Positions 49,311 through 60,036 are shown, counted from the first letter of the stretch. The stretch is DNA of 64,000 bases from Candidatus Latescibacterota bacterium (GCA_965217095.1 OZ244235.1:5268609-5332608), one strand, 5' to 3'. The notes: generated by a model not told the origin, from the sequence alone. Program-made: numbers and translations.

Positions 49311-49671
49311 GATTAATTCCTGATTGGCTTGCACGGCTATGGGTGGGCAGGATCGTCGTCATCCGCCGATCCTGCTATATTCTGCCCGAGCTCATGCTCG
49401 AGCAACACGGACGAGAGCGCGGGCTGCACTTCTATCGAGGTTCGCCAACACGGAATCCGAAAGGTGACCTCAATCAAGAAAGGAGAGCGTATGTCGCTTC
49501 GGAATTGTAAGCGATCTGCAGCTGGGACACACCCCCGAGGACGATGAAGAGCGGAGGCGCCCGTTAATCGAGCAGGTCGCCACCGACCGCACTTCGTGAT
49601 TGTGCGGAAGGGGACGTGATCGACCAGTGGACAGAAGCTGAACCCGAAACCTGAGCTCAAGGAGAGCGCAA

Positions 49672-51072
49672 ATGGCTGACGAATGGCGGGATATTCTAAC
49701 ACGCGGTAGTTACTTTCCCGGCGACTGGGTGCGCCCCCGGTTCAATCCCGGGACCTGGATGGCGATGGTGGATGTGATGGAGATCTTCCCGGGCTACCGA
49801 AGCGTTACCCGCGAGGGAAGCTACGAGCTGTTCGACGGACCAATCGGAGTCGATCTGCGGGTGGAAGAGGCACAGAGATGCGAGCCGATTCTGAATCCCG
49901 GAAAAGATTGGGGAGCTGAGGGTTTCGAAGATCCGTCGGCGCCGCCCGCAGAGCGCTACAAGGCTATGGACGCCAAAGGATTCTGGCTCGACCGCGAAAC
50001 CGGCGAGGAAGTGGTCCACGACGAGGCGAATAAATGCTGGCGCGCCGAACAGTACGAGGGCCCCGCCTATACCGGTCGCAAGGTAGTTCTCAAGGGCCAG
50101 ATGCTGGGCCGGACCTCGCCGGACCGCGTCAACTGGACCAAGATCGACGAACCCCTCGCCAACTATTCGGTCAATGGAGGTATTTCCCCTGGGTACGACG
50201 CCCACAGCAAGACCTACTTCGCCTTCCTGCAGCCCCAGGGAGTTGCCCCCTCAGAGCCGCAAGGCCTGGGCACCGGCATGCCCGAGACCGAGGTGGTGCG
50301 CCGCGCGGTGGGGCTGGCGCGGACCAAGGATTTCCGCCACTGGCCCGCGCCCAAGCTCTTGCTCCATCCCGATGCACAGGACCCTTTGGACATATCGTTC
50401 TACGGGACCTGCTACTTCCCCTATCCGGGCAGGCAGGATCTTCACGCAATAATCCTTCCGGTTTTCCACATGGTAACCGATCACGTGGACTTGCAGATCG
50501 CCTTCAGTCGCGACGGCCTGGTATGGACCCGCCCCGAACGCCGCGCCATACTCGGCCTGGGTCCGCGCGGAAGTGGGGAGGAGGGCCAGATCTATCCGTG
50601 TGCCCCTCCGGTTGAGCTTCCCGATGGCTATTGGGCCATGCAATACATGTGTCGCTCGACCACTCACACGGTCGCCGAGGAGTACAAGCCGGCTCTTTTT
50701 CCGGAGATGGCGCCGGAGCAGAAAAGGTGGGCGCGCTGGCGCTCGCATCGGCTCTGCGGCATGGAAGCCGAGAGCGAAGGAAGATTCACCATTGCTACAG
50801 TGTCTCGCCGGGCAAAGCAACTGCGTCTGAACTACCGCTGCGCACCCGGTGGTTGGATCAGCGTAGAGTTGCTGCGGGCGATACCCTCCAAGAACTGCCC
50901 GGATGTGGATCCCCTCGAGGGCTTCACTTTCGAGGTGTGTGACCGCCTGGTGGGAGATGAAGAAGACCAGGTCGTTACCTGGCAGCGGAATAGCGATATC
51001 TCCAGCGCCGGCGAGATGGTGGCCATTCGAGTGAGGATGTTCCAGGCGAAGCTGTTCGCTTACAGGGTGTAA
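49672..51072 (+). CDS. glycoside-hydrolase-like β-propeller protein (paralogue of 23880..25382)
   Basis: 466 aa with RBS AAGGAGAG. IAFSRDGLVW motif. Confidence 0.45.
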   Translation: MADEWRDILTRGSYFPGDWVRPRFNPGTWMAMVDVMEIFPGYRSVTREGSYELFDGPIGVDLRVEEAQRCEPILNPGKDWGAEGFEDPSAPPAERYKAMDAKGFWLDRETGEEVVHDEANKCWRAEQYEGPAYTGRKVVLKGQMLGRTSPDRVNWTKIDEPLANYSVNGGISPGYDAHSKTYFAFLQPQGVAPSEPQGLGTGMPETEVVRRAVGLARTKDFRHWPAPKLLLHPDAQDPLDISFYGTCYFPYPGRQDLHAIILPVFHMVTDHVDLQIAFSRDGLVWTRPERRAILGLGPRGSGEEGQIYPCAPPVELPDGYWAMQYMCRSTTHTVAEEYKPALFPEMAPEQKRWARWRSHRLCGMEAESEGRFTIATVSRRAKQLRLNYRCAPGGWISVELLRAIPSKNCPDVDPLEGFTFEVCDRLVGDEEDQVVTWQRNSDISSAGEMVAIRVRMFQAKLFAYRV

Positions 51073-51167
51073 CGCCCGACTGAAAGGAACGCACGATGCC
51101 CATTCCCGAGCGAGATCCTGGGCACTTACATCGAGATGAGGAACTTGATCTTCAAAAGCCCCCGAGC

Positions 51168-52406
51168 CTAAGGCCGCGTTACGGTGCCGTCGGGGCGCCG
51201 TGAGCTCTCTTCCCGAAGACGCGTCTCTCCTAGTGGATACTTGGCAGCCAGCTGCTCATTGATATCCACCCCCAGACCGGGTTTGCCACTCGGCCACATG
51301 TAACCACCGCGCACTTCAGGGACACCGGGGAACACCTCCTTCAAGGTCTCATTGGGGTTCAGATAACACGAAGCCTCCTGTACGCCGAAATTCCACACAT
51401 TCATATCCAGCATGAGGTTGGCCGCGTGCCCGACAGGTGACACATCTGCCGAGCCATGCCAGGCGGTGCGGACGTTGAAGGCTTCGCACAGCGCCGCCAG
51501 CTTGCGTGCTGGCGTCAGCCCACCGATCGTCGAAATGTGCAGCCGGAGGAAGTCGATCAGCCGGTCCCTGATCACCGGGACAATCTCATGGGGATTGCTG
51601 TATAACTCGCCCATGGCCATCGGAGTGCTCGTCTGCGCGCGCACGAGGCGGAAATAGTCGTTGTCCTCCGGCGCGAACAGGTCCTCTAGGAAGAATGGCT
51701 TGAACTGCTCCACGTCCTTGGCCAGTGCCAGACCCTGGATAGGAGGCATCGGCGATTTGAGGTCGAAGAGAATCTCCGGGTTCGGGCCAAAGGTAGAGCG
51801 GAACTGCTCGAAAGCTTGTACGATATTGCGGCAGATCGACGTCGCCTCGATGATGCTGCCGCCGTCAATGGAGGCCTTTTTGGTGATAACGGTCCGTTGA
51901 TAGTACTCCTTATCCTCTTCCGCCATCAAACTTCCCCAACCGAACTTGATGTGGTGGAAGCCCTGTTCCAAAAGCTCGCGGGTGTGCTCTTCGTACTCAA
52001 CGCGGTCCCGTCCCTTGGGGATCACGTACACCGCCGCAGCTTCTCTCGATTTCCCGCCGAACAGTTCGTACACCGGCATCCCCGCGACCTTGCCCTTGAT
52101 GTCCCACAGTGCTTGGTCGATGCCGCTGATGGAATTGTTGAGGACCGGTCCATTGCGCCAATAGGAGGACATGTAGCACGACTGCCAAATGTCTTCGATG
52201 TCGCCAGGGTCCTTGCCTATCAGAAAGGGCTTCAGGTAGTCGTCCACCGCGGCGGCCACAGCCGTCGGGCGCGTGCAGAATGAGGCGCATCCCAGGCCGT
52301 AGAGCTCCGGCTCGTCTGTCTCCACCTTGACAACGGTGAGGGTGCGAGCACCGGGCGGACGCGTGATAATCGTCCGCACATCGCGAATCTCAAGCTTGCT
52401 CATCAT
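51168..52406 (-). CDS. enolase-superfamily dehydratase (D-mannonate / D-galactonate dehydratase-like)
   Basis: 412 aa. ManD/RspA-like N-terminus MSKLEIRDVRTIIT...VKVETDEPELYGLGCA. Confidence 0.7.
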   Translation of the reverse strand: MMSKLEIRDVRTIITRPPGARTLTVVKVETDEPELYGLGCASFCTRPTAVAAAVDDYLKPFLIGKDPGDIEDIWQSCYMSSYWRNGPVLNNSISGIDQALWDIKGKVAGMPVYELFGGKSREAAAVYVIPKGRDRVEYEEHTRELLEQGFHHIKFGWGSLMAEEDKEYYQRTVITKKASIDGGSIIEATSICRNIVQAFEQFRSTFGPNPEILFDLKSPMPPIQGLALAKDVEQFKPFFLEDLFAPEDNDYFRLVRAQTSTPMAMGELYSNPHEIVPVIRDRLIDFLRLHISTIGGLTPARKLAALCEAFNVRTAWHGSADVSPVGHAANLMLDMNVWNFGVQEASCYLNPNETLKEVFPGVPEVRGGYMWPSGKPGLGVDINEQLAAKYPLGETRLREESSRRPDGTVTRP

Positions 52407-52799
52407 TTCCCTTTCGGTTACAGGTACGGGACCGCCAATCCTGTTCCGGCCCGTCCGCTACATACCTATACTACCAGGTATTCATACTGAGGCGCAACAC
52501 AGAGGTATGTGGCGAATCACTCCGACCGCAACCCCGCGTGGGACTTCCTTCTCTATACCGACGATGCTGCGTCTCATCCGGAAGGAGAGTGGAAAGGCCG
52601 TCTGGTCTACAAACGGTTCCTCAGCCGCGACGACATTCTGATTGAATATCGCCACTTCCAACAGTTTTGCGGGCGCGAGTGGGTGATACCGCCTTACGGC
52701 AAGTAAGAGATTTCGCCTGGACAGCAGGCCTTCTCAAGCGCGACGATCTTTGCGAGCATCACCGAAGCTGGCAGTGACATCTAAGGAAGAGGTCCAACA

Positions 52800-53558
52800 A
52801 TGACTGACGAGGCCCTACAACCGGAGCGACGCCTCGACATTAAAGGCACCTACAACCTGCGCGATATAGGCGGTTACCCTACAAGACAAGGAAAACACAC
52901 CCGGTGGAAGCAGTTCCTGCGCTCAGACAGCTTGCATGCGGTGACTGACGCCGGGCAAAGCGCCCTCAAAGACTATGGACTGCGGGTCATCATCGATCTG
53001 CGTTCGACGCTGGAAATCGAGCATAAACCTAATGTATTCGCCAATTCGCCCAGCGTCGACTATCGTCATCTCCCCGTGGTTGACGCTGTTGACAATACAT
53101 CAATACCGGAGGATAGAAGGCATCAGGGTGTGGGTGCGGGATATCGAAACTCAGTAGATCATTACCAATCCTGTATCAGCGCCATCATGATAGCGCTTGC
53201 CGAACCGCATGACGGCGCCAAACTCTATCACTGCGCCGGCGGCAAGGATCGGACGGGTCTGATCTCGACATTGTTGCTCGGCCTCGCCGATGTATCGCCC
53301 GAACTCATTGCCGCCGATTACGCCGTGACTGACCGCTACAACATCCATTCTTTCCTGGCCATGGCGAGCGTCTCCCGGTCAGACCCGCAAGAAATCCGCA
53401 CGTGGCAGGACTATGAGCAGCACCTCTGCCCGCCGGAAGCGATGCTCAGCACACTGCAGTATCTGGATGAGCACTACGGTGGCGTTGAAAGCTATGTGCG
53501 CAGGATCGGCTTATCGGATAAGCAGATCAATCAGCTGCGCAAGCAGCTGGTGGAATAG
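52800..53558 (+). CDS. tyrosine-protein phosphatase (CX5R family), paralogue
   Basis: HCAGGKDRTG. Collinear with 46192..46986. Confidence 0.7.
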   Translation: MTDEALQPERRLDIKGTYNLRDIGGYPTRQGKHTRWKQFLRSDSLHAVTDAGQSALKDYGLRVIIDLRSTLEIEHKPNVFANSPSVDYRHLPVVDAVDNTSIPEDRRHQGVGAGYRNSVDHYQSCISAIMIALAEPHDGAKLYHCAGGKDRTGLISTLLLGLADVSPELIAADYAVTDRYNIHSFLAMASVSRSDPQEIRTWQDYEQHLCPPEAMLSTLQYLDEHYGGVESYVRRIGLSDKQINQLRKQLVE

Positions 53559-53742
53559 GTTTATGCCTGGTCGACAGCAGCCGCCAGTTCACACATGACT
53601 TGACCCAGTGACGGTCAAACGGCTTTACATTGGATGGTAGTCGGTCGTAGACATTGCGCTCGAAGAATATCGACACCTTGTTCATGCACTATCCAGGTCG
53701 ACAACGTGGCGATCATAGCGGATCTTTGAGGTGAAGGGAAAA

Positions 53743-54597
53743 ATGCGGGAATACACCGAGCACCGTGTTTTGGTCAGTGGTCTTCACCTTCACTACGAGG
53801 ACTGGGGTAGTTCTCACCTGCCTCACATGTTCCTGACCCACGGGGCAGTAGCCAACGCCGCATACTGGGATCTCGTCGCTCCTGCATTTCGCGAACAGTA
53901 TCACGTCGTGGCCGTCACCGCCAGGGGTAGAGGTAAGAGCGATTACTCCCCCGACGGCCTGTATGACACTGAAGATTACCTGCAGGACTTTCGCGAGTTG
54001 ACTGTAGGGTTGGGCATGGACAAGCTGGTTTATGTAGGCCAGTCTCTGGGCGGCAGACTCGGCATGTCATATGCGGCAACCTATCCAGACCAGGTAGAGC
54101 GTTTGATCCTGGTTGATATCGGCGGCGAGTCGACGAGTGCTGCGACTGGCAATCCTATCACCGAGCGACCTGAAGTCTTCAATACTCTTGCCGAGGCCGA
54201 GGCTTGGCTGAGGAGGTTCGACCGCTTTTCGAGGTTGAGCAGCGAAGCGATGCAGATCGTTCTCGACACCAGCTTTCACCGACTTATCAACGAACAGTGG
54301 GCGTCTACGATGGCTTGCGCTCTCTTGCGAGGACAGGGCGTCGGGCAACCGGTATGGGACGTATTGCCCAATATTGCATGTCCAACACTCTTGATTCATG
54401 GCTCCCGGAGTGATGTGCTGTCGGACGAGGTCGCTCTACGGACTCAGAATGCTATCCCCGATTGCACGCTGGTGGAAATAGAGACGGGGCACCTCGCCCA
54501 TCTGGAGAATCCGAGCGACTTCATACGGTTGGTGCAGGAGTTCCTGGGCAGGATCACGAGCCGGTCTACGCAAACCGCTTCGCCTGGAACATCCTGA
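53743..54597 (+). CDS. α/β-fold hydrolase
   Basis: GQSLGG nucleophile elbow. Start MREYTEH after GAGG. The track shows a GTG at 53731. Confidence 0.7.
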   Translation: MREYTEHRVLVSGLHLHYEDWGSSHLPHMFLTHGAVANAAYWDLVAPAFREQYHVVAVTARGRGKSDYSPDGLYDTEDYLQDFRELTVGLGMDKLVYVGQSLGGRLGMSYAATYPDQVERLILVDIGGESTSAATGNPITERPEVFNTLAEAEAWLRRFDRFSRLSSEAMQIVLDTSFHRLINEQWASTMACALLRGQGVGQPVWDVLPNIACPTLLIHGSRSDVLSDEVALRTQNAIPDCTLVEIETGHLAHLENPSDFIRLVQEFLGRITSRSTQTASPGTS

Positions 54598-54657
54598 TGT
54601 GCACCGACTCGCCCACCGCGGAGATGTCACCGTTACCGTTCCGCAGCTGCGACGATT

Positions 54658-55329
54658 TCACTCGGCTCGGAAATAGATCCGAATCATGCGAAACGAGAAG
54701 TGGGAAATGTTACCGGCCCCGCCGCGAATGATGACGGTCGTCGTCGGCTCGATCTCGAAGCGGGCCGAGGTTTCGTAGGTCACCGGCTCGTAGTCATCCA
54801 CATAGGTCATCTGGTCGCCGCCGAAGGTCCCGATATTGCGACTCGGATGTTGGCAGTGCAATCCCTTGATGATCTGCTGCCGCAGATTCTGCATATTAAA
54901 ACCCTCTTGTCCGTGCCGTCTGGGTTCTTTGTTGGTCAACCCAGGTTGGGGATACTCGCAGATGAGATAGGCATCGGTCTTGCAGGCTGAGCCCAACACC
55001 GATACCGCAACGATCGGCTGTTCCTCGGTGATGGCGATGTATCCCTTGCTGCGTTCTAGCTCGAGCCCATGTCTGTGAGGCGCACCTTTATTCTTGCGTT
55101 CGCGCCACTCGGCGTCGCGTGTGCCGTCGTTCCAACAGGCATCGATTTCGATGTTGTCGTAGTCGTCGAACGGCGTCCAGTACTCTTTCATGGCCACACT
55201 GGTCATGGTCACGGCCTGCTCTCTCGTCGTGCGCACTACATCCGGATCCCTGTCCTCGCCCCAGTCGTCCGTGCAACCATGGAATGGGCTGAGCTTGTTG
55301 GCTTCCTTCCACAACGTTGCTTCGGTCAT
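54658..55329 (-). CDS. hypothetical protein
   Basis: Start MTEATLW with RBS AAAGGAGAAG. The track ORF extends to 55386. No family recognised. Confidence 0.45.
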   Translation of the reverse strand: MTEATLWKEANKLSPFHGCTDDWGEDRDPDVVRTTREQAVTMTSVAMKEYWTPFDDYDNIEIDACWNDGTRDAEWRERKNKGAPHRHGLELERSKGYIAITEEQPIVAVSVLGSACKTDAYLICEYPQPGLTNKEPRRHGQEGFNMQNLRQQIIKGLHCQHPSRNIGTFGGDQMTYVDDYEPVTYETSARFEIEPTTTVIIRGGAGNISHFSFRMIRIYFRAE

Positions 55330-55456
55330 TAGCTCTTCTCCTTTTAGGTGAGGGTCCACGCCTCTGCGGATCAGTCTTGCCAACATATCCTCAGTGGATG
55401 GACATTCAACTTTTCATCGATTTCGTTCCGCGAAGCTCGCTCATCTCCTTCCCCGG

Positions 55457-56476
55457 TCAGCCGTCGACGGAGACGGGCTCCCTCCTTGCTGCACTCTCGA
55501 TGGCGCCGAAGACCATCGCCAGGCTCTTGATGTTGTCGCTACCGACGGTCTCCGGTGTCTCGCCGTTGCCGATGCAGCGCACGAAATCGCGGATGAGTCC
55601 TTCATGGCCATCCTGCTTATCCGCCGCACTCGCCGGCTCCACTTCAAGGTCGCGGTACTTGGAACCAACAACCCCAGCTTGACCACTGAATCCGTCGGCG
55701 CCGTCCCATAAGATGCTGCCCTGGTCGCCAATCACGCGCCAATCGCATTCCCAGGTTGTTTCCAAACCTTCGGAACACCAGCTGCCGCGGTAGGTGTAGA
55801 CGATGCCGTTGTCCATTTCGAAGATGGCGACGGCCGAGGCGTCCTGCTTGAACCAGGAACCAGGTGGGTTCCACTCCTTGCAATAAACGGAAACAGGATC
55901 GGCACCGAGGATCAGGCGGGCAGCGTCAAAGGTGTGAATAGCCATGTCGAGCAGAAGCACGTGCGGCATGATATCTCTGAAACCGCCGAAATGGCGGCTT
56001 TTGTAGAAGTCGCTGTTCAGGGTCGTGAGCACTCCAATCTCACCCGATTCGATAACGCGCCTAAGCCGACGGATGTTGGCGTCGAAGCGGCGATTCTGCA
56101 TCACCGCATAAACCTTTCCGGCTTCTTCGGCGGCCTTCACGACTCGACGGGCATTTTTCATGGAGTCGGCCAGCGGTTTCTCTCCAAGAACGTGGCATCC
56201 TGCACCCAGTGCCTCGAGCGTAACCTCAGCGTGGGTCTCCGGAATGGTGCAGTCGAACAGCACGTCAGGTCTGGTGTTCTCCAGGGTCTTGGAGAGATCG
56301 GTGCTTATCTCCAACCGATCCATCTCGCCGTAATCAGCGGCCCTGGTCTTGGCGGCATCCAGGTCGATGTCCACGAATCCGACCAGCTCGAAGTCGGGAA
56401 TCTTCCGGGCAACCCGAACCCAGGTAAGACTCATGCCGCCGCAGCCAACCAAGACGCCGCGAAGCTTCTCGCTCAT
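55457..56476 (-). CDS. Gfo/Idh/MocA-family NAD(P)-dependent oxidoreductase
   Basis: N-terminal LRGVLVGCGGMS Rossmann motif and a typical C-terminal α/β domain. Confidence 0.8.
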   Translation of the reverse strand: MSEKLRGVLVGCGGMSLTWVRVARKIPDFELVGFVDIDLDAAKTRAADYGEMDRLEISTDLSKTLENTRPDVLFDCTIPETHAEVTLEALGAGCHVLGEKPLADSMKNARRVVKAAEEAGKVYAVMQNRRFDANIRRLRRVIESGEIGVLTTLNSDFYKSRHFGGFRDIMPHVLLLDMAIHTFDAARLILGADPVSVYCKEWNPPGSWFKQDASAVAIFEMDNGIVYTYRGSWCSEGLETTWECDWRVIGDQGSILWDGADGFSGQAGVVGSKYRDLEVEPASAADKQDGHEGLIRDFVRCIGNGETPETVGSDNIKSLAMVFGAIESAARREPVSVDG

Positions 56477-56479
56477 GCT

Positions 56480-56857
56480 CTAGTTCCGAAGAGGTCGCGC
56501 TTCAAGCTCAGAATGCGGAAAGAAATGAGTGGTGAGCCCGCGACGAGGATCGTCGGTGTGATTACCGCCGGAGTAATGGTAAGTGCGGCAGTGGTGGAAG
56601 GTGGCGTCGCCCGGTTCGAGGGTCACGGTGAAGGCGGAGTTCACGTCGACACCGGCAATCTCCAGTGCGCCGCCAACTTCAGAACGGGTGCTCGCATCTT
56701 CGTGAATGGTTATCTCTGCTAGGTGGCTTCCGGGCACAAAACTGACCGCACAGTTTTCCGGAAATGCGGGACTCAAAGCCAACCAGCAGGTTATCGCCCG
56801 CGTGTTGGCGATTTCCCGCCGGCGCCGGTAACTTCGTATCGTTCCGACTTCTACCAT
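56480..56857 (-). pseudogene. C-terminal fragment of a phytanoyl-CoA-dioxygenase (PhyH) family gene
   Basis: WLALSPAFPENCAVSFVPGSHL and the distal H..R region are present. The N-terminal half with the first His-x-Asp motif is missing. Confidence 0.45.
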
Positions 56858-56955
56858 TATGCGTACTTACGTTCCATATGCGTCAACCAGCGCTTGTTGA
56901 ATGAATCCGACGCGGCCCTATAATTAAGCCGATCCCAATTCCTCAGCAACACGCG

Positions 56956-57311
56956 GTGGAGTGCGAGAATGCCTTGCTTGACTTTCGCGAGCCGGGAGAC
57001 CTGTTTCGCTATCCGGTTCCCCGCGTATTACCCGACCTGCAGGAGTTCGAATGGGAGAAGGTCTGGATCGAGGATTGCACGGGGCGCCCGAGCGCGACCC
57101 GAGCATCTTCGGCAAGAGGTGGCTGGCGTTCGGCAATCAGATCCTTGCCCGGGATCTCATCGATGCTGTGGAACAGGATCGAGAACCGCTCTCCAGCGTC
57201 TCCTCGGTGCGCTTTGTCAACGAAATGGTGGAAGGGGTCTATCGATCACATCTTTCCGGCGGCATCCGCGTAACGATTCCCCTGGAAGATCGCAGCCACC
57301 CTTTGGAATGA
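56956..57311 (+). pseudogene. C-terminal remnant of a Gfo/Idh/MocA oxidoreductase, itself frameshifted
   Basis: Two overlapping frames (56956..57273 and 57051..57311) together read like ...LIDAVEQDREPLSSVSSVRFVNEMVEGVYRSHLSGGIRVTIPLE, the typical Gfo/Idh/MocA C-terminus. Confidence 0.35.
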
Positions 57312-57318
57312 GCGCAAT

Positions 57319-58273
57319 GTGACCGAGAACGCCCCAACGGGAACGGAGAGCGGACGCAAAGGGCTGGGTTGGGTGCTAGTAACGTTCACCGTCCTGAGCT
57401 GGGGATCGCTGGTCATTCTGCTCAAGCTGATTGTCCCGGAAGTCGATGTCTTAACCCTCACCTGGTACCGCGTCGCTGTTGGAGCCATTCTGATTCTGGC
57501 TTTCAGCGGTCGCACGGGCTTGCGCGATCTACGCCACGCGTTCGCGCGGCGGACTGCCATGCTGGTCGTCGTTGCCGGCTCGGGACTGGCGGTGAACTAC
57601 GTCCTGTTTCTGAGCGGGTTAAACTACCTGACGCCAGGTGTTGCCCTGATCGTGATGCAGGTAGCGCCATACATGATCTTGGCCGGGGGCGTATTGATCT
57701 TTGGCGAGGCTTTCGCCAGACAACAGTGGATCGGCGTCCTGTTCCTATTCGTCGGATCGATCTTCTTCTTCAATCAGCGTTATGAAGAGCTGCAGTCGCT
57801 CTCATCTGGGTACACGAGAGGTGTCGTGCTGGTGTTGATGAGTGCGGCCGGGTGGACCGTCTATCTGCTTATGCAGCGACGCCTGATCCGCGATCTCAAT
57901 GCGCGCACGATCATTACTGGCTGTTACATCGTCGGCATCCTGGCTTTGCTGCCATTTGCCTCTCACCGTCAGGTCATGGCGCTCGATGGCGGGACGTTGT
58001 TGGTGTTTGCTCTCGCAATCCTGCTGACTGCGATCTCCCATGTGGCTTTCAGTGCCTCCATGCGTTATATCGATGCCTCCAAGGCGGGCCTCGCGCTGGG
58101 CAACGTTCCTAATCGTCGCCTTGATTGGCACGGCGATACTCAGCCCCTGGGTGGTTGGTCTCGAACCGGACGGTCTCAACACTGCCGCGATCCTGGGAGC
58201 GCTGATGATCGTCGGCGGTACTGCCTTCGCGGCGCGGCAGGCACCCTTGACACTTGAAGAGAATCGCACTTAA
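57319..58273 (+). CDS. EamA/DMT-family transporter with an apparent +1 frameshift in a G-run near 58105
   Basis: ORF 57319..58257 carries EamA helices. The proper C-terminus (TFLIVALIGTAILSPWVVGLEP...AILGALMIVGGTAFA) lies in ORF 58040..58273. Deleting one G from CTGGGC restores ALATFLIV. Confidence 0.6.
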
Positions 58274-58311
58274 TCCGAATTGATTCTTCAACACAGACCA
58301 GGAGGTGGAAT

Positions 58312-59313
58312 TTGGACTGCAGCGACTATATGCGCGATGAAGATGTGGCCATGTTCGAGCGCGAGTTCGAGGCGTTCGTGCCCGACAAGGTCTACGACGC
58401 CCACTGCCACCTCCTCGCGCCCGGCGATCCTCACCCATTGGGCGACGACAGTCTCGGAGCTGTCGGCCATGCTGAATGCATGCGGTTGCTGGATTGTATG
58501 ATGCCCGGAAGAGACATTGCAGCAAACTTTCTCTCGTTCAGCGTCGACCCGGACTTCGCGACCAGCGCCAATGATTGGTCAGTAAAAGCGGTGGCGTGCG
58601 ACCCGCGCTGTCGCGCCGAGTTCTTCGTAAAACCGAACGACGATCCGGACTGGGTGCGTCAGGAGGTGAAACGGTTGGGCTCGAGCGGATTGAAATGTTA
58701 TCACCTTCAGGCTACGCTCAGCCCGTCGTGGGAAAAAGATCGCAAAACCTGGGAGGCCGATATTCCCGACTATCTGCCAGAGCCGTTCGTGCAGGTAGCG
58801 GACGAGGCGGGACTGGTGATCACCCTGCACATGGTCAAGGAGCGATCGGTGGCGGACCCGGGCAACCTTCATTGGATTCGCCACTATTGCGAGAAGTACC
58901 CCAACATGAAGCTGATCCTGGCGCATTCGGCGCGAGGTTTCCAACCGCAGCACAATCTCGAGGGACTTCCGCAGCTGCAAGATTTGGACAATCTCTATTT
59001 CGATTGCAGCGCCAATTGCGAGCCCGTCGCCCATCAGAGCATTTTCCGCATCTTCGGGCACAAGAAGATGATGTTCGGGTCCGACTTTCCCATTAGCCAC
59101 AAGCGGGGAAAATCCCTCGGGGCAGCGGATTCGTTCCTGTGGTTGTACGATGACACTCCGGTTTGGGGTGAAAAACATACGCAGGTAAAGCCGGTGCTGG
59201 TGGGACTGGAAAATCTGCGTTCGCTGAAGTGGGCTTGCTGGTCGGAGCGGCTCAGTGACCGTCAGGTGGAGGATGTGTTCTGGAACAACGCGGCTGAGCT
59301 GTTCGGCGTGTGA
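58312..59313 (+). CDS. amidohydrolase-2 family metal-dependent hydrolase (TIM barrel)
   Basis: TTG start after AGGAGG. Motifs DAHCHL, ILAHSA and GSDFP. Confidence 0.65.
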   Translation: MDCSDYMRDEDVAMFEREFEAFVPDKVYDAHCHLLAPGDPHPLGDDSLGAVGHAECMRLLDCMMPGRDIAANFLSFSVDPDFATSANDWSVKAVACDPRCRAEFFVKPNDDPDWVRQEVKRLGSSGLKCYHLQATLSPSWEKDRKTWEADIPDYLPEPFVQVADEAGLVITLHMVKERSVADPGNLHWIRHYCEKYPNMKLILAHSARGFQPQHNLEGLPQLQDLDNLYFDCSANCEPVAHQSIFRIFGHKKMMFGSDFPISHKRGKSLGAADSFLWLYDDTPVWGEKHTQVKPVLVGLENLRSLKWACWSERLSDRQVEDVFWNNAAELFGV

Positions 59314-60010
59314 TGGAGGTCGGCGAGTTCATCGGCCGCATCGCCGACGAGGGTTTCTGCGTTCTGCCAGACCTGCTGGAACCTGACGAAGCCGAACGTC
59401 TCGATGCGCTGGCTCGACCCCTGATGGATCCGCAAGCGGGTTACGTCAAGCTGGAAGGAGCGCTGAACGAGATCCCGGACCTGGCTCCGCTTTGCATGCA
59501 CCCGCTACTGCTTGAGATCACCGAGCACTTTCTGGGCGAGGACGATTTTCTGTCAAACAATGTGGCTATGATGTGGTGCCAACCAGGTGCCGGCGGCGGC
59601 CATCTCCATGCCGATTGGCCCCTATTTCGCGTTCCACAGCCGTGGCCCCGCTGGACATTCGGGATCCAGACCATGTGGATGCTCACCGATTTCACCGCCG
59701 AAAACGGCGCAACCTGCGTTGTGCCGGGCAGTCATCTGGCCGGGGGACCGCCGACTTCGGGGCAGGATACTCTCACGAGATGCCGGCCGCTGGCAAAAAG
59801 GGCTCGTTACTGATCTGGCAGGCGGCAGTGTGGCATCGCAGTGGGCTGAATACGACCAACGATCAGCACCGAATGGGTGCCAACATCGGGTACAAACCCT
59901 GGTTCGTACATCGACCAGCCGAGGAATGGCCGCTGCTGCGGCGGGAACTCTATCGGGAGTTTCCTGCACGGTTGCAGCAGTTACTGCGGCGCTCGGTCGA
60001 GAGTCCTTGA
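59310..60010 (+). CDS. phytanoyl-CoA-dioxygenase (PhyH) family protein with an apparent -1 frameshift in a G5 run near 59745
   Basis: ORFs 59310..59813 and 59573..60010. Adding one G to GCCGGGGGACC gives a continuous ...VVPGSHLAGGTADFGAGYSHEMPAAGKKGSLLIW... Confidence 0.55.
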
Positions 60011-60036
60011 TAGTCGTGTGAAGAGCGTAACCGGAT

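Noticed and set aside
52509-52706. 65-aa ORF in the enolase / tyrosine-phosphatase intergenic region
   Set aside because: No RBS or family support.
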